A DNA stretch of 64,000 nucleotides, from contig CAWCPK010000001.1 in NCBI GenBank assembly GCA_963797455.1, forward strand, positions 1,338,155-1,402,154. The letters run 5' to 3'. The translations under genes were made by a program, and so were the position numbers. Below, in pieces: positions 30,698 through 41,159 of the stretch (its first letter is position 1; the number at the start of each line of letters is the position of its first letter). The notes beneath the pieces were generated by a model that was not told the origin of the DNA, ran no database searches, and saw only the letters and a list, made by a program, of their open reading frames with translations. The stretch is from an uncultured Actinomycetota bacterium. Lineage in GTDB: Bacteria; Actinomycetota; Actinomycetes; Mycobacteriales; Jatrophihabitantaceae.

Positions 30698-31201
30698 TCA
30701 GATGACCGGCCACGCCTCCCAGTGCTCGCTCGGGGCGTAGCGGCCGCGGTAGAAGATCAGCGGATGCCGGAGCGGGTCCGAGCGCAGCGCACGCACCGCG
30801 CCGATCACGATGGTGTGATCACCGCCGTCGTACTCGGTGGCGAGCTCGCAGTCGATCCACGCCGAGACGCCCGCGAGGATCGGCGCGCCGAGCGGGCTCG
30901 GCGTCCACGCCACGGCCGCGAACCGGTCGACTCCCGGCCGGGCGAACTGCTCGCTGAGTTCGTGCTGGTCGTGGGCCAGCACGTTGACGCAGAAGCTGCC
31001 CACCTCACGGATGTGCGGCCAGGTCGTCGACGTGCGGGCCGGGTTGAAGCTGACCAGCGGCGGGTCGAGGGACAGCGACGCGAAGGACTGGCAGGTGAAG
31101 CCGAGCGGACGCTCGCCTTCCGAGGGGAACTTGCGACCCGAGCGTGCCAGAGCGGTGACCACGACGACCCCGGTCGTGAACGTGCCGAGCACCGCGCGCA
31201 T
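30698..31201 (-). CDS. flavin reductase family protein
   Basis: FMN-binding split-barrel signature GTFTTGVVVVT; start uncertain (ORF extends to 31309). Confidence 0.7.
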   Translation of the reverse strand: MRAVLGTFTTGVVVVTALARSGRKFPSEGERPLGFTCQSFASLSLDPPLVSFNPARTSTTWPHIREVGSFCVNVLAHDQHELSEQFARPGVDRFAAVAWTPSPLGAPILAGVSAWIDCELATEYDGGDHTIVIGAVRALRSDPLRHPLIFYRGRYAPSEHWEAWPVI

Positions 31202-31333
31202 GAGGTCGGGCGTCACGTCGCCAACGTCGTCCCGGTCCACCCTGCGCGACACTACCGACCCCGACCGCGCTGGGGCTGAGCGGTCGGTGATCAACACCCC
31301 CTCAGCCACACGCCGATGTGGCTGAGGGGGTAT

Positions 31334-32668
31334 TCAGGCGTTGAGCGCGGGGGACGCCGGTCCGAGATCGGTGGATTCACTCGACCCCGATACGCCTTGC
31401 TTGATCGACTCCAGGATGGCCAGTCCCTGACCGACGAGCGAGGAGACGACCTCCGTGACGCCTTCCGATCCGTTGAGCACCGTCAGGTGTGAGCCGGCCA
31501 GGCCCTGGGCGGCCTTCTCCACGATGAGCGGCAGTTGGGCGATGAGCTGTTGATCAAGTGCGACCCGGTTGTGGGACTGGGCCGCCTCGGCGAGGATCTT
31601 GGTCCGCTCCGCGTCGGCCGCGGCGAGAATCTTGACCTTCTCCGCGTCGGCTTCCGCCGGCCGGACGACGGTGGACACGAGCGTCTGGCGGGCCAGCTCG
31701 GCCTGCTGCTGGGCGAGCGCGGTCTGCGCGTCGATGACCTGCTGCTGCGCCAGGGCGTGGGCGAGTGGGCCGGACTGGTCGGCCTTGGCTTGCGCCGCCT
31801 GGGTCTCGGCGGCGAACGCGGCCTTGGCGACGGCCGTCTGGCGGGCGAAATCGGCCTGGTTGCGGTCGGACTCCTGCTGCGCCTCGGCCGCGACCTGGGC
31901 GGCCTTGGACCGGGTCACTGCGGTCTCGGCCTCGTAGTTGGCCTGGTTGCGAGCCGACTCCTGCGCCGCCGCGGCCGCTGTCGCTGCCGCGGCGGACTTC
32001 GCAGCCTCCACGTCGGCGGCGTACTGGGCTTGGACCACCTCGGTCTGCCGGCCGTACTCGGCCTGCGCGCGCAGCGATGCCTGCTGGGCCTCTGCGGCGG
32101 CCTGGTCGGCCTGCGACTCGGCGACTTTCGCCGCGCGCTGGATGGCCGCGTTGTGCGGTGCGGCCATCGCCGCGATGTAGCCCAGTCCCATGTCGTCGAT
32201 CGACTGGATCTGCAAGGCATCGACGGTCAGGCCGATCTTGGCCATCTCCTCCTTCGAGCCGTCCAGCACTTCGGAGGCAAGCTTCTGTCGCTCGGTGACG
32301 ATCTCCTCGACGGTCATCGACCCGATGATCGAGCGAAGGTGCCCGGAGAAGATCCGTCCGGTGAGCACCGACATCTGGGTCTGGTCGGACAGAAACCGCT
32401 GTGACGCGTTGACGATCGACTCGGTGTCGTTACCCACCTTGAACGCGATCACCGCCTTGACCTTGAGGGCGATGCCCTGCTTCGTCACGCAGTTCTCCTC
32501 GACCTCGGCTTCCGACATCGACAAGGTGATGAACCGCACGTTGCGAAACATCGGCGCGACGAAGGCGCCGCGACCGGTGACCACCCGGAACGGCGCCTCC
32601 GAGCCCCGCGCCTTGCCTCCGGAGATCAGCATCGCTTCGTCGGGAGCTGGAACGTGGTAACCGAGCAT
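31334..32668 (-). CDS. SPFH/band-7 (flotillin-like) protein
   Basis: SPFH domain followed by a long Ala/Gln/Glu-rich coiled coil. Confidence 0.8.
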   Translation of the reverse strand: MLGYHVPAPDEAMLISGGKARGSEAPFRVVTGRGAFVAPMFRNVRFITLSMSEAEVEENCVTKQGIALKVKAVIAFKVGNDTESIVNASQRFLSDQTQMSVLTGRIFSGHLRSIIGSMTVEEIVTERQKLASEVLDGSKEEMAKIGLTVDALQIQSIDDMGLGYIAAMAAPHNAAIQRAAKVAESQADQAAAEAQQASLRAQAEYGRQTEVVQAQYAADVEAAKSAAAATAAAAAQESARNQANYEAETAVTRSKAAQVAAEAQQESDRNQADFARQTAVAKAAFAAETQAAQAKADQSGPLAHALAQQQVIDAQTALAQQQAELARQTLVSTVVRPAEADAEKVKILAAADAERTKILAEAAQSHNRVALDQQLIAQLPLIVEKAAQGLAGSHLTVLNGSEGVTEVVSSLVGQGLAILESIKQGVSGSSESTDLGPASPALNA

Positions 32669-32700
32669 GGCGGCTGGTTCTCCTCAGGGTAAGAAACGGG

Positions 32701-32937
32701 TCACAGTTCGAGCAGCGAATCGATCGGGTCCGACCACGGCAACACGATCACGGTGCGCGGACCCAGGGTCTGCACGATGATCACCGCCTGGCCCTTGGCG
32801 AGCGGCTCCGCAGAGCGGGCGATGAACGTCTCGGTCCCACCGCGGATGCGCACTTCGACCTCGCCGGGGCCCGCCTCGCCGCGGGTCGCTGTCGTGATTC
32901 GCCCGGCCAGGCCGATCGGGGAACTGCCGGGCGTCAT
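32701..32937 (-). CDS. NfeD-like C-terminal OB-fold protein
   Basis: Small beta-rich protein immediately upstream of the flotillin gene. Confidence 0.55.
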   Translation of the reverse strand: MTPGSSPIGLAGRITTATRGEAGPGEVEVRIRGGTETFIARSAEPLAKGQAVIIVQTLGPRTVIVLPWSDPIDSLLEL

Positions 32938-33477
32938 CCGCGGGCTGACTGCGAAGGCCCGCCGCTGATCTTCACGGGCGGGATGTTACTACCGCTTCAC
33001 CGCCTCGCCAGCGCAGGGAACCGACCGAGGGCCGAGGCGAATGCCCGGCGCCATCAGGTGGCCGTGGCGGGATCCGGGCGCGCTGCGGTGCGGCGGCGCA
33101 AGACGACCGCGGGGACGACCCGCGGGCGGTGGCGCAACCAGCGAGAGGAGTCACCGCGCGTACGCGTGCGGCGGCCGGCTTGCACGGCGCGCGCTTGCTC
33201 TGCCTGCCGCGTGAGGTCGGCGCGGTGCTGGCTGACCAGCACCCCCATGATCAGCGGCTGCATCATCATCAGTGCTCTCCTTCGTCGGACGCAGGACTGC
33301 GTCGAGCACTGACGGTATGGATCTGAGGTGCTGTGCTGCATTGGGAGATCTCCGCATGTTTCCCGATCCTGGGCTTGACAGATCCCTTAGGGGTCGTGCG
33401 CCGAGGGTCTTGAAGCAAGATCATCGGCAGTTTGGCTGACAGCGGCCGGCACCGCGGCACTGTGGGACGATCACGCC

Positions 33478-33861
33478 ATGAGCGCTGACTTGGAACTGGC
33501 CATGACCGAGTTCCAACGATGCATCGCAGAACGTGACGGCGCGGCTGCCGCCGACGTGCTCGACGCGGAGTTCGCCCTCGTGCTCGTCCAGCCGGTCGCG
33601 GCCGTAGTGCCAAGAGAACGCTGGCTGGCCACGTTGCCCGATTACGTGGTGCACTCCTATGACATTCAAGAGCAGTTGATCGATGTGGATGGCAGCGTCG
33701 CTGCGGTGCTGCACCGAGCGCAGATGCACGCGACGGTCGGCGGGGCGGACCGCAGCGGCGTCTTCATCGTGACGGATGTCTGGCGACAGCGGGACGGGCA
33801 GTGGCGGGTCTGGAAGCGGCACTCGACACCGCTCACGGCAGGCCCCGTCCCGGGCAGCTAA
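33478..33861 (+). CDS. NTF2-like (SnoaL/DUF4440) domain protein
   Basis: Codon-position GC pattern supports the frame; C-terminal DGQWRVW typical of the family. Confidence 0.6.
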   Translation: MSADLELAMTEFQRCIAERDGAAAADVLDAEFALVLVQPVAAVVPRERWLATLPDYVVHSYDIQEQLIDVDGSVAAVLHRAQMHATVGGADRSGVFIVTDVWRQRDGQWRVWKRHSTPLTAGPVPGS

Positions 33862-34304
33862 CGCTCGTAGCGCAGCGACAGCGGAACACATATTTGACCG
33901 TGCCGCGAGGAAGGCGCGGTGCCCGCAGGTGAGATCAACGACCGGGTCACGCCGAGCTCAACCGGCGGTGAGCGGCAGCTCCAGGGCGGCCAGCCGGCCG
34001 GCGTGACGATCGGATCGGGGACATGCACGTCGAGCGAGTCCTCGCGCCGGGACTTGCGCGAGCGCAACATGTCCAGGCTCACCCGACCGACGACGGTCGT
34101 CAGCCAGCCGCTGAGGTTCTCGATCGTGCTCGCGTCCGTCCGGGCGAGCGGCAGCCAGGCCTCCTGGACCGCGTCGTCGGCCTCGGACAGCGAGCCGAGC
34201 ATCCGGTAGGCGACGGCGCGCAGCCGGCCGCGGTCCGTCTCGAACCGCTCCGCCGGCCAGTCCCGTTCGCCCACCGCACCGTTCCCTTCGGAGTTGGCCC
34301 GCAC
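33858..34304 (-). pseudogene. truncated ECF sigma factor (sigma-2 region only; SigJ/ECF41-like N-terminus)
   Basis: ERFETDRGRLRAVAYRMLGSLSEADDAVQEAWL...LDMLRSRKSRRE is followed by non-protein-like sequence; no sigma-4 region in any minus frame downstream. Confidence 0.5.
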
Positions 34305-34348
34305 ACCATCTGACGTGCGCGACCGGGCATACGTAACACACTGGGTGT

Positions 34349-34753
34349 GTGATCTCTCTGCAGCTCGCCCGCGACCTGCGCGACGCCGGCCTTGGCTGGT
34401 CCCCGGCGTCCGGGGACCGGTTCGTCATACCCGACCGCGACATGGACTCCGACGTGTTCGTGCTGAGCGACATGACGATCGAGGTGCACGACCTGCCGCA
34501 CGGGACGGTGCTCGGGTTCAACGGCACCGTCGAGTGGGCACTGGACTCCGTCGACAGCGAGAAGGCCCTCTGGCTACCTCGCGAGTCACAGCTGCGCGAG
34601 CTGCTTGCCGGCACGTTCCGCGCCTTGGATCGGACGGCCGACGGCTGGCGGGTACGCACCGACGTGAACGGCGCGGCACATACCAGCGAGGACGCCGACG
34701 CCGAACAGGCGTACGGGCTCGCGCTGCTCCACCTGCTCGACTCGCTGCGCTGA
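34349..34753 (+). CDS. hypothetical protein (134 aa)
   Basis: ORF with coding-like composition. Confidence 0.45.
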   Translation: MISLQLARDLRDAGLGWSPASGDRFVIPDRDMDSDVFVLSDMTIEVHDLPHGTVLGFNGTVEWALDSVDSEKALWLPRESQLRELLAGTFRALDRTADGWRVRTDVNGAAHTSEDADAEQAYGLALLHLLDSLR

Positions 34754-34772
34754 GCGAGCGAGCCGGGCCACA

Positions 34773-35420
34773 TCAGTCCTCGGGCGGTGCGGCGTCGGCC
34801 GCGACGACGATGTCGGCCTGGCGCACGAGCGTGGACAGGACGGCCTGCTGCTCCGGCGTCAGCGACAGCACCGCGGCGAATTCGCTGCTGGACATCGTCA
34901 GCCCTGCCACGCTCAGCGCGGCCGGGGCACGGCTGGTCTCTTGCCGTTGCGCCGTCAACCGCTCGATCTCGGCGAGCGTGCGCGGATCGCCCGCTCCCCA
35001 CCCGCAAACCATCGCGACAACGTCGCGCGGCACGTCGACGAACGCGGCGAGCTGGCTGATGAGCCGGTCGACGTCCGGCACACCGCGGCACTCCTCGACG
35101 GTGGTGAGCCGGTATCCGGCGTCGAGTTGCTCGTGCTCGGCAAGGACGAACTGTTCGGTGGCGTGCTCGACCAGCGTGTCGACCACCGAGTCGAGATCGC
35201 CCTGCCGCAGCGCCACCCAAACCGAGGCGGGCAGCGCGGGCACGTCCGTGTCGACGGGCGCCGCCGCGAACCCCACCTCGAGCGCGCCGCCGGCGCCGGA
35301 TGCCTCGCGGGCCTGCGCGAGCAGCGCCAGCACGGCGGCCGCCTCCCGCGCGGCGGACAGCCGCGCGTCGTACTCACGGGCCCGCTCGCGGCTGCGCTCG
35401 TCTCGCGTCGTCCGCTCCAT
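34773..35420 (-). CDS. hypothetical protein (215 aa)
   Basis: Real start MERTTRDE inside the long spurious ORF 34773..36626. Confidence 0.5.
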   Translation of the reverse strand: MERTTRDERSRERAREYDARLSAAREAAAVLALLAQAREASGAGGALEVGFAAAPVDTDVPALPASVWVALRQGDLDSVVDTLVEHATEQFVLAEHEQLDAGYRLTTVEECRGVPDVDRLISQLAAFVDVPRDVVAMVCGWGAGDPRTLAEIERLTAQRQETSRAPAALSVAGLTMSSSEFAAVLSLTPEQQAVLSTLVRQADIVVAADAAPPED

Positions 35421-35482
35421 GGCCCCAGTCTGCACGGGGTAGGCCGTCTGTAGGGCGGTAACCGGAGCATCGTCCGGCGCGG

Positions 35483-36076
35483 TTACTCCCGCCAGACTGG
35501 GCAGCTGGAGATGTCGGCGGCGTCGGCGTAGAGCGGCAACTCGTCGACCGTCCGCTGCAGCGCCGCCGGCCCGCCGAACAGCCGGGTCGGGTCGAGGTAG
35601 TCCTCGAGGACGAAGGACTCGCTGACGATCGCCCGCACCGCCGGCGAGCCCGCGCTCAGCGTCCGCGCAACCGCGTCCCGCACGTAGCCCTGCCGACGCG
35701 GGTGCAGCGCCGCGGACGACGGCGTGTGCACGACGTGCCAGCCGTGGAAGAACTCCTCGTCCGAGAGCCGGACCGGCTTCGGGAACCAGGTCAGGTGCGT
35801 CAACAGGCCGGGCAGGTCCGCGACCGGCTGCGGCACCGACTCGGTGACGAGGTATGCGTCCGAGGGAACCTGCTCCACGATCGCCGGCCACACGTCGACG
35901 CTGTCGACCCACAACTGCACCAGGCCGGCCAGTTCGGCGCCACGCCCCATCAGCAACGTGGCGTCGGCGAGCCGCGCGGCCCGCGACACCACGACCGACC
36001 GCAGGCCAGGGACCTCCAGGCCCTTCGCTGCGTCGACCGCGCCGTCCGTCCAGGCGAGCAGGTCCAGCTTCTCCAT
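35483..36076 (-). CDS. hypothetical protein (197 aa)
   Basis: Start MEKLDLLAWT inferred; globular sequence. Confidence 0.45.
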   Translation of the reverse strand: MEKLDLLAWTDGAVDAAKGLEVPGLRSVVVSRAARLADATLLMGRGAELAGLVQLWVDSVDVWPAIVEQVPSDAYLVTESVPQPVADLPGLLTHLTWFPKPVRLSDEEFFHGWHVVHTPSSAALHPRRQGYVRDAVARTLSAGSPAVRAIVSESFVLEDYLDPTRLFGGPAALQRTVDELPLYADAADISSCPVWRE

Positions 36077-36119
36077 GCCCGCTATTGAACCGGCTCCGCC
36101 CCACGCACGTACACCGGGC

Positions 36120-36710
36120 ATGAAGCGTCGCGCGCTGCTGGCCGTCGGTGTGCTCTCGAGCGTGCTGCTGATCTCCGCGCCGGCCCGAGCGGCCACGGCA
36201 TCGGTCGCGATCCAGGGCTTCGGATTCAGCCCGCAGATCGTGAAGGTGGCGCAGGGCGACACCGTGAGGTGGACCCAACTGGACGCCGGCGTCCGGCACA
36301 CCTCCACCTCGAATCAGGGCTTCTGGCACTCGGTCCGGCTGTCGACGAACCGGACCTACAGCCAGACGGCCGCCTTCCAGAACGCCGGCGGCTACCCGTA
36401 TCACTGCGCGGTCCACCCAGACATGACCGGCAGGGTTCGGGTGCCGCTGAACGCACACGGATCGTCGGCCAACGGCTGGCGGGTGCGCTGGTCGAGCCTG
36501 GCCTCGACGCCGGCCAATCGATCCTTCGACGTGCAGCTCAGACGCCCCGGATCGACGAGCTGGGCCGCGTTCCGCACGGACACGAAAACCCGCACCGCAT
36601 TCTTCGACCCCGCCAAGACCGGGCAATACGCGTTCCGCGCCCGTACCGACAACCGCGCGAACGGCAAGGAGTCGGGCTGGTCTCCGGTCCGCGCGCTGGC
36701 CATCACGTAG
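36120..36710 (+). CDS. secreted cupredoxin (plastocyanin/azurin-like blue copper protein)
   Basis: Signal peptide; type-1 Cu ligands H...C-A-V-H-P-D-M. Confidence 0.75.
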   Translation: MKRRALLAVGVLSSVLLISAPARAATASVAIQGFGFSPQIVKVAQGDTVRWTQLDAGVRHTSTSNQGFWHSVRLSTNRTYSQTAAFQNAGGYPYHCAVHPDMTGRVRVPLNAHGSSANGWRVRWSSLASTPANRSFDVQLRRPGSTSWAAFRTDTKTRTAFFDPAKTGQYAFRARTDNRANGKESGWSPVRALAIT

Positions 36711-36723
36711 CCGCCGCGCCGGC

Positions 36724-38859
36724 GTGCGCTTTGATGGGAGCGTGTCCGACGTCGACGGCCTCCTGGTCGAGCTTGCTGCCGCCTACCGGGTGGCGAGCGA
36801 GTACTGGGACTGGCGGGGCGCGCACGTCGCGGTCGGCACCCACACCCTGACGTCGGTCCTGGCCGGACTCGGCGTCGACGCCGCGACCGAGCAGTCGCGG
36901 CGGGCCGCGCTCGATCGCCGCCGAGCCGAGGGATGGCGCGCCGTCCTCCCGCCGTACCTCGTTGCCCAGCAGGGCCGGCCGCGCACCGTCGAGGTCCACG
37001 TGGAGCACGGCGCGGGCGTCGACGTCCGGCTCATGCGCGAGGACGGCACGTTCCACGCCGACCTGGTCCAGGCCGAGAACTGGCAGCCGCCGCGCGACAT
37101 CGACGGACGGTTGGTCGGCGAGGCCAGTTTCGTCCTGCCCGCCGACGTGCCGCCCGGGTATCACAGCCTGCACGCGCGCACCGGCGGGGACGAGTACCGC
37201 TGCGAGCTGATCGTGACCCCCGCGTGGCTGGGGATGCCGGCGCGGCTGGGCAACCGCAAGGTGTGGGGGCTCGCCACCCAGCTCTACAGCGTCCGGTCCC
37301 GCCGCTCGTGGGGCGTCGGCGACCTGACGGATCTCAGCGAGCTGGCGGCCTGGGCGGGCGCCGAACACGACGCGGCGTTCGTGCTGGTCAACCCGCTGCA
37401 CGCCGCCGAGCCGGTGCCGCCGCTCGAGCCGTCGCCGTACCTTCCGACCACGCGCCGCTTCGCCAACCCGCTGTACCTGCGCGTGGAGCGTATCCCCGAG
37501 TACGCCTACCTCGACGCCGCGCCCCGCGCGGAGATCGACCGGCTCGCGTCCGAGGCCAGATCGAAGCCGGCCGTCATCGACCGGGACTCGGCGTGGACGG
37601 CCAAGCTCGCGGCGCTGCGGCTGATCCACGCCGCGGGCCTCGAGCCGGGCCGGGCGATCGCGTACCGGTCATTCTGCCGCCGGGAAGGCGCCACGCTGGA
37701 CGACTTCGCGATCTGGTGCGCGCTGAGCGAGGCGCACGGCGCCGACTGGCACGGCTGGCCGGAGCCGGTGCGGCATCCGCACAACCCGGCGGTGGCGGCG
37801 TTCGCGACCGACCACGCCGCGCGCGTCGACTTCTACCGGTGGCTGCAATGGGTGCTCGACGAGCAGCTGGCCGAGACGCAGGGCTCGGCCGTGCGGGCCG
37901 GGATGCAGCTGGGCATCGTGCACGATCTTGCCGTCGGCGTGAGCCCGGCCGGCGCGGACTCCTGGACCTGGCAGGACGACCTGGCCCGCGGCATCACGGT
38001 CGGCGCTCCCCCGGACCCGTACGCGCAGACCGGCCAGGACTGGAACCAGCCGCCGTGGCGGCCCGACCGGCTCGCGCAGCAGGCCTACGCGCCGTTCCGA
38101 GACGTGATCCGCAGCGCCCTGCGGCACTCCGGCGGGCTGCGCGTCGATCACGTCATGGGGCTGTTCCGGCTGTGGTGGATACCCGACGGTGCGGCCCCGA
38201 CCGAGGGCACCTACGTCTACTACGACCACGAGGCGCTCATCGGCATCCTGCTGCTCGAGGCCCAGCGAGCCGGCGCGGTCGTCATCGGCGAGGACCTCGG
38301 CACCGTCGAGCCGTGGGTGCGCGACTACCTGCGCGAGCGCGGCATCCTGGGCACCTCCGTCCTGTGGTTCGAGTTCGACTGGGACGCCGGCGGCGGCCCG
38401 CTGCCGCCGGAGTGCTGGCGCGAGTACTGCCTGGCCTCGGTGACAACCCACGACCTGCCGCCGACCGCTGGCTACCTCGCCGGGGACCACGTCCGGCTCC
38501 GGCACCGGCTAGGACTGCTCACCCGGACGCTGGACGAGGAACTCGCCGCCGACCACGAGGAGCAGTCGGCGTGGTTGGACCTGCTGCGTTCTCGCGGCCT
38601 GCTCGCGCCGGGCGCCGACGAGGATGCGACGACCAGCGCGCTGCACCGCGCGCTCGCCGCGACGCCGTCCCGGCTGCGCCTTCTCGCGCTCACCGACGCC
38701 GTCGGCGAGCGGCGGGCGCAGAACCAACCCGGCACCGTCGACCAGTATCCGAACTGGCGAGTGCCGCTCGGCGGCCCGGACGGGCAGCCCGTCTACCTCG
38801 AGGACATCTTCACCAGCGAGCGAGCGGCAGCGCTCGCCGAGCTCATGCGCGGCGAGTGA
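36724..38859 (+). CDS. malQ: 4-alpha-glucanotransferase (amylomaltase)
   Basis: GH77 family sequence, 711 aa. Confidence 0.85.
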   Translation: MRFDGSVSDVDGLLVELAAAYRVASEYWDWRGAHVAVGTHTLTSVLAGLGVDAATEQSRRAALDRRRAEGWRAVLPPYLVAQQGRPRTVEVHVEHGAGVDVRLMREDGTFHADLVQAENWQPPRDIDGRLVGEASFVLPADVPPGYHSLHARTGGDEYRCELIVTPAWLGMPARLGNRKVWGLATQLYSVRSRRSWGVGDLTDLSELAAWAGAEHDAAFVLVNPLHAAEPVPPLEPSPYLPTTRRFANPLYLRVERIPEYAYLDAAPRAEIDRLASEARSKPAVIDRDSAWTAKLAALRLIHAAGLEPGRAIAYRSFCRREGATLDDFAIWCALSEAHGADWHGWPEPVRHPHNPAVAAFATDHAARVDFYRWLQWVLDEQLAETQGSAVRAGMQLGIVHDLAVGVSPAGADSWTWQDDLARGITVGAPPDPYAQTGQDWNQPPWRPDRLAQQAYAPFRDVIRSALRHSGGLRVDHVMGLFRLWWIPDGAAPTEGTYVYYDHEALIGILLLEAQRAGAVVIGEDLGTVEPWVRDYLRERGILGTSVLWFEFDWDAGGGPLPPECWREYCLASVTTHDLPPTAGYLAGDHVRLRHRLGLLTRTLDEELAADHEEQSAWLDLLRSRGLLAPGADEDATTSALHRALAATPSRLRLLALTDAVGERRAQNQPGTVDQYPNWRVPLGGPDGQPVYLEDIFTSERAAALAELMRGE

Positions 38860-38967
38860 GCGCGCGGCACACTCTTCGCGATCGCCGGTGGAAGGACCTC
38901 CGGCCCTAGCCGGAACGCCCAGCCGGGAGAAGTCTGCTCTGACCGTCCCGTTCAGGTTGGGGGAATC

Positions 38968-39453
38968 ATGATCAAGATTGTTGTGTGCGCAGCATTGGCC
39001 GCGAGTGGCGCGGTGGTCGTCGGGCTGAGCGCGGCTGACGCCACGACCACCGCGACCACACCGACCTGCGCCCCCGCGCGGCTGGTGCCGGTCTTCGGCG
39101 GTCGGCAGGGTGCCGCCGGCACGTTGCAGGACACCTGGCGGCTGCGCAACGTCGCGAGCTCGAGCTGCCACCTGAGCGGGTACCCCGTCGTGCACAACTA
39201 CCGCGCGGACGGTCGGCCGCTGCCCACCTCGGTCACCCATTTGGGTACGCCGCACACGGTGCTGCTCGCGCCCGGCCAGCACGCCAGCTTCGCCCTGCGA
39301 TTCACCGACCCGGGCATCCTCAACTGCACTCCCGAGCCTGCCGCGATGCTCACCATCCGGGCGCCGGGTACGGCGCTCCCGGTCATCACGCGGCGCGGCG
39401 AGCGGGCGTGTGGCGGAAAGCTTCGCGAGACGCCCCTCGTCCACGGCGGTTGA
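38968..39453 (+). CDS. DUF4232-like secreted protein
   Basis: Signal peptide, conserved Cys pairs. Confidence 0.55.
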   Translation: MIKIVVCAALAASGAVVVGLSAADATTTATTPTCAPARLVPVFGGRQGAAGTLQDTWRLRNVASSSCHLSGYPVVHNYRADGRPLPTSVTHLGTPHTVLLAPGQHASFALRFTDPGILNCTPEPAAMLTIRAPGTALPVITRRGERACGGKLRETPLVHGG

Positions 39454-39479
39454 CCCGCGACCCGAGCACCCTCGGCGAC

Positions 39480-41159
39480 TCAATGATCGCCGAACACGAC
39501 CTCGCCGGACGCGACGGTGCACTGCACGCGCGCATCGGCGATCCGACCGTCCAGCTCGAAGATGTCCTGGTCGAGGACGGCGAGGTCGGCCCGTGCGCCG
39601 AGCGTCAGCCGCCCGCCGTCCGCGTCGTGATTGACGTACGCCGTGCCGGACGTGAACCCGGCGAGGGCGGCGTCGAGGGACAGCCGCTCCTCGGGCAGGA
39701 ACGGGGCACCGTCGCGCCCGTCGGGGTCGACGCGCCGCACCGCGACCTCCATCTGGCGTAGCGGATCGGCGGTCGTCACCGGCCAGTCGCTGCCCATTGC
39801 CAGCCGCGCTCCGGCCCGGAGGAACGACCCGAACGGGTACTGCAGGTCGCCGCGCTCCCGGCCGATCCACGGCAGGGTGTGCTCCTCCATCTGCGGCTCG
39901 TGCTGCGCCCAGTAGGTCTGGCAGTTCGCGACGACGCCCAGTTCGGCGAACCGCGCGACGTCCTCGGGCTGCACGACCTGGACGTGCGCGATGTGGTGCC
40001 GGTTGTCCGCCGAGGGGAGCTTGCGACCCGAGCTTGTTGCAGGCCCGTTCGCCGCGCGCGCCGCCGCCACGGCATCGAGCGCGGCGCGGATCGCCCGGTC
40101 GCCGATCGCGTGCATGTGCACCTGGAAACCGAGCCGGTCGAGCTCGGTGACGGCCGGCAGCAGCAGCTCGCGATCGACGTACATCAGCCCGCGGTTGGCC
40201 GTGTGCCCGCCGCAGCCGTCGCAGAACGGCTCGAGCATCCCGGCCGTCTGGTTCTCGATGATCCCGTCGACCATGATCTTGACGGTCGTGGGGTGGAGGT
40301 TGCCGAGCGCCTGCTCGCGCTGCTCCCGGAACCCGTCGATCTGGCCGAGGTCGCCGTGCCGGTCCCACCACAGGGCGCCCACGACTCGCGCGGTGAGCCG
40401 GCCGTCGCCGGCGAGCGACCGATACGCGGCCAGCGTCGCCGGCGTGACCCAGGCGTCCTGCCAGCTCGTGATGCCCAGCGAGTGCAGGTGCCGTTGCCCG
40501 GTCAGGATCGCGTCTTCCCATTCGGCCCGGGACGGCGCCGGCACCCAGTCCGCCTCGAAGGAGTATGCGGCGCCTTCGTGCAGCATCCCGACAGGTACGC
40601 CGTCGGCGTCGCGCTCGAGCCTGCCGTCCGGCGGGTCGGGCGCGCGCGCGTCGATGCCGGCTAGGGCCAGCGCGGCGCTGTTCACCCAGGCCCCGTGCAC
40701 GTCGCGGTTGAACAGGAACGCCGGCTTGCCGACGGTGACAGCGTCGAGATCGGCGCGGTGCGGCGTGCCGCCCGGGAAGTGCTCCATCGACCAGCCGCCG
40801 CCCACCACCCATTGCGTAGCGGGGTGGTCGGCGACGTAGCGCGCGATGCGGTCGAGGTAGGCCGTCCGGCTCGTGAGGTCGCGCAGGTCGACGGTGTTCA
40901 GGTTCCGGCCCGCCTGCGGGGCGTGCACGTGGGAGTCCTGGAAGCCGGGCACGACGAGCGCGCCGGCCCGGTCGAGGACCCGCGTGCGCGGACCGATCAG
41001 CTCCCGGGCTCGGGCGCCCAGTGCGACCACCCGCCCGCCGCGGACCGCCAGCGCGTCGGAGGTCGTCCCGTCCCCGACCCAGATCCGCGAACTCAGCACG
41101 ACCAGGTCGAACTGTCCATCCACAGGATTAAGCGTATCGGCGAGGATGATGATCCTCAT
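39480..41159 (-). CDS. amidohydrolase family protein (YtcJ-like, metal-dependent)
   Basis: QDSHVH near the N-terminus, HxH.., C-terminal GSDWPV. Confidence 0.8.
   Translation of the reverse strand: MRIIILADTLNPVDGQFDLVVLSSRIWVGDGTTSDALAVRGGRVVALGARARELIGPRTRVLDRAGALVVPGFQDSHVHAPQAGRNLNTVDLRDLTSRTAYLDRIARYVADHPATQWVVGGGWSMEHFPGGTPHRADLDAVTVGKPAFLFNRDVHGAWVNSAALALAGIDARAPDPPDGRLERDADGVPVGMLHEGAAYSFEADWVPAPSRAEWEDAILTGQRHLHSLGITSWQDAWVTPATLAAYRSLAGDGRLTARVVGALWWDRHGDLGQIDGFREQREQALGNLHPTTVKIMVDGIIENQTAGMLEPFCDGCGGHTANRGLMYVDRELLLPAVTELDRLGFQVHMHAIGDRAIRAALDAVAAARAANGPATSSGRKLPSADNRHHIAHVQVVQPEDVARFAELGVVANCQTYWAQHEPQMEEHTLPWIGRERGDLQYPFGSFLRAGARLAMGSDWPVTTADPLRQMEVAVRRVDPDGRDGAPFLPEERLSLDAALAGFTSGTAYVNHDADGGRLTLGARADLAVLDQDIFELDGRIADARVQCTVASGEVVFGDH

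Noticed and set aside
33054-33263. Possible small gene (MMMQPLIMGVLVSQHRADL...) upstream of nfeD on the minus strand
   Set aside because: Plausible but the C-terminal half is Arg-rich and junk-like; insufficient support.
33255-33320. 21-codon ORF MISGCIIISALLRRTQDCVEH with three consecutive ATC (Ile) codons, which could be an attenuator leader peptide
   Set aside because: No ilv or aminoacyl-tRNA-synthetase gene downstream and no obvious terminator/antiterminator pair; probably chance. Mentioned under the sigma-stump finding only.
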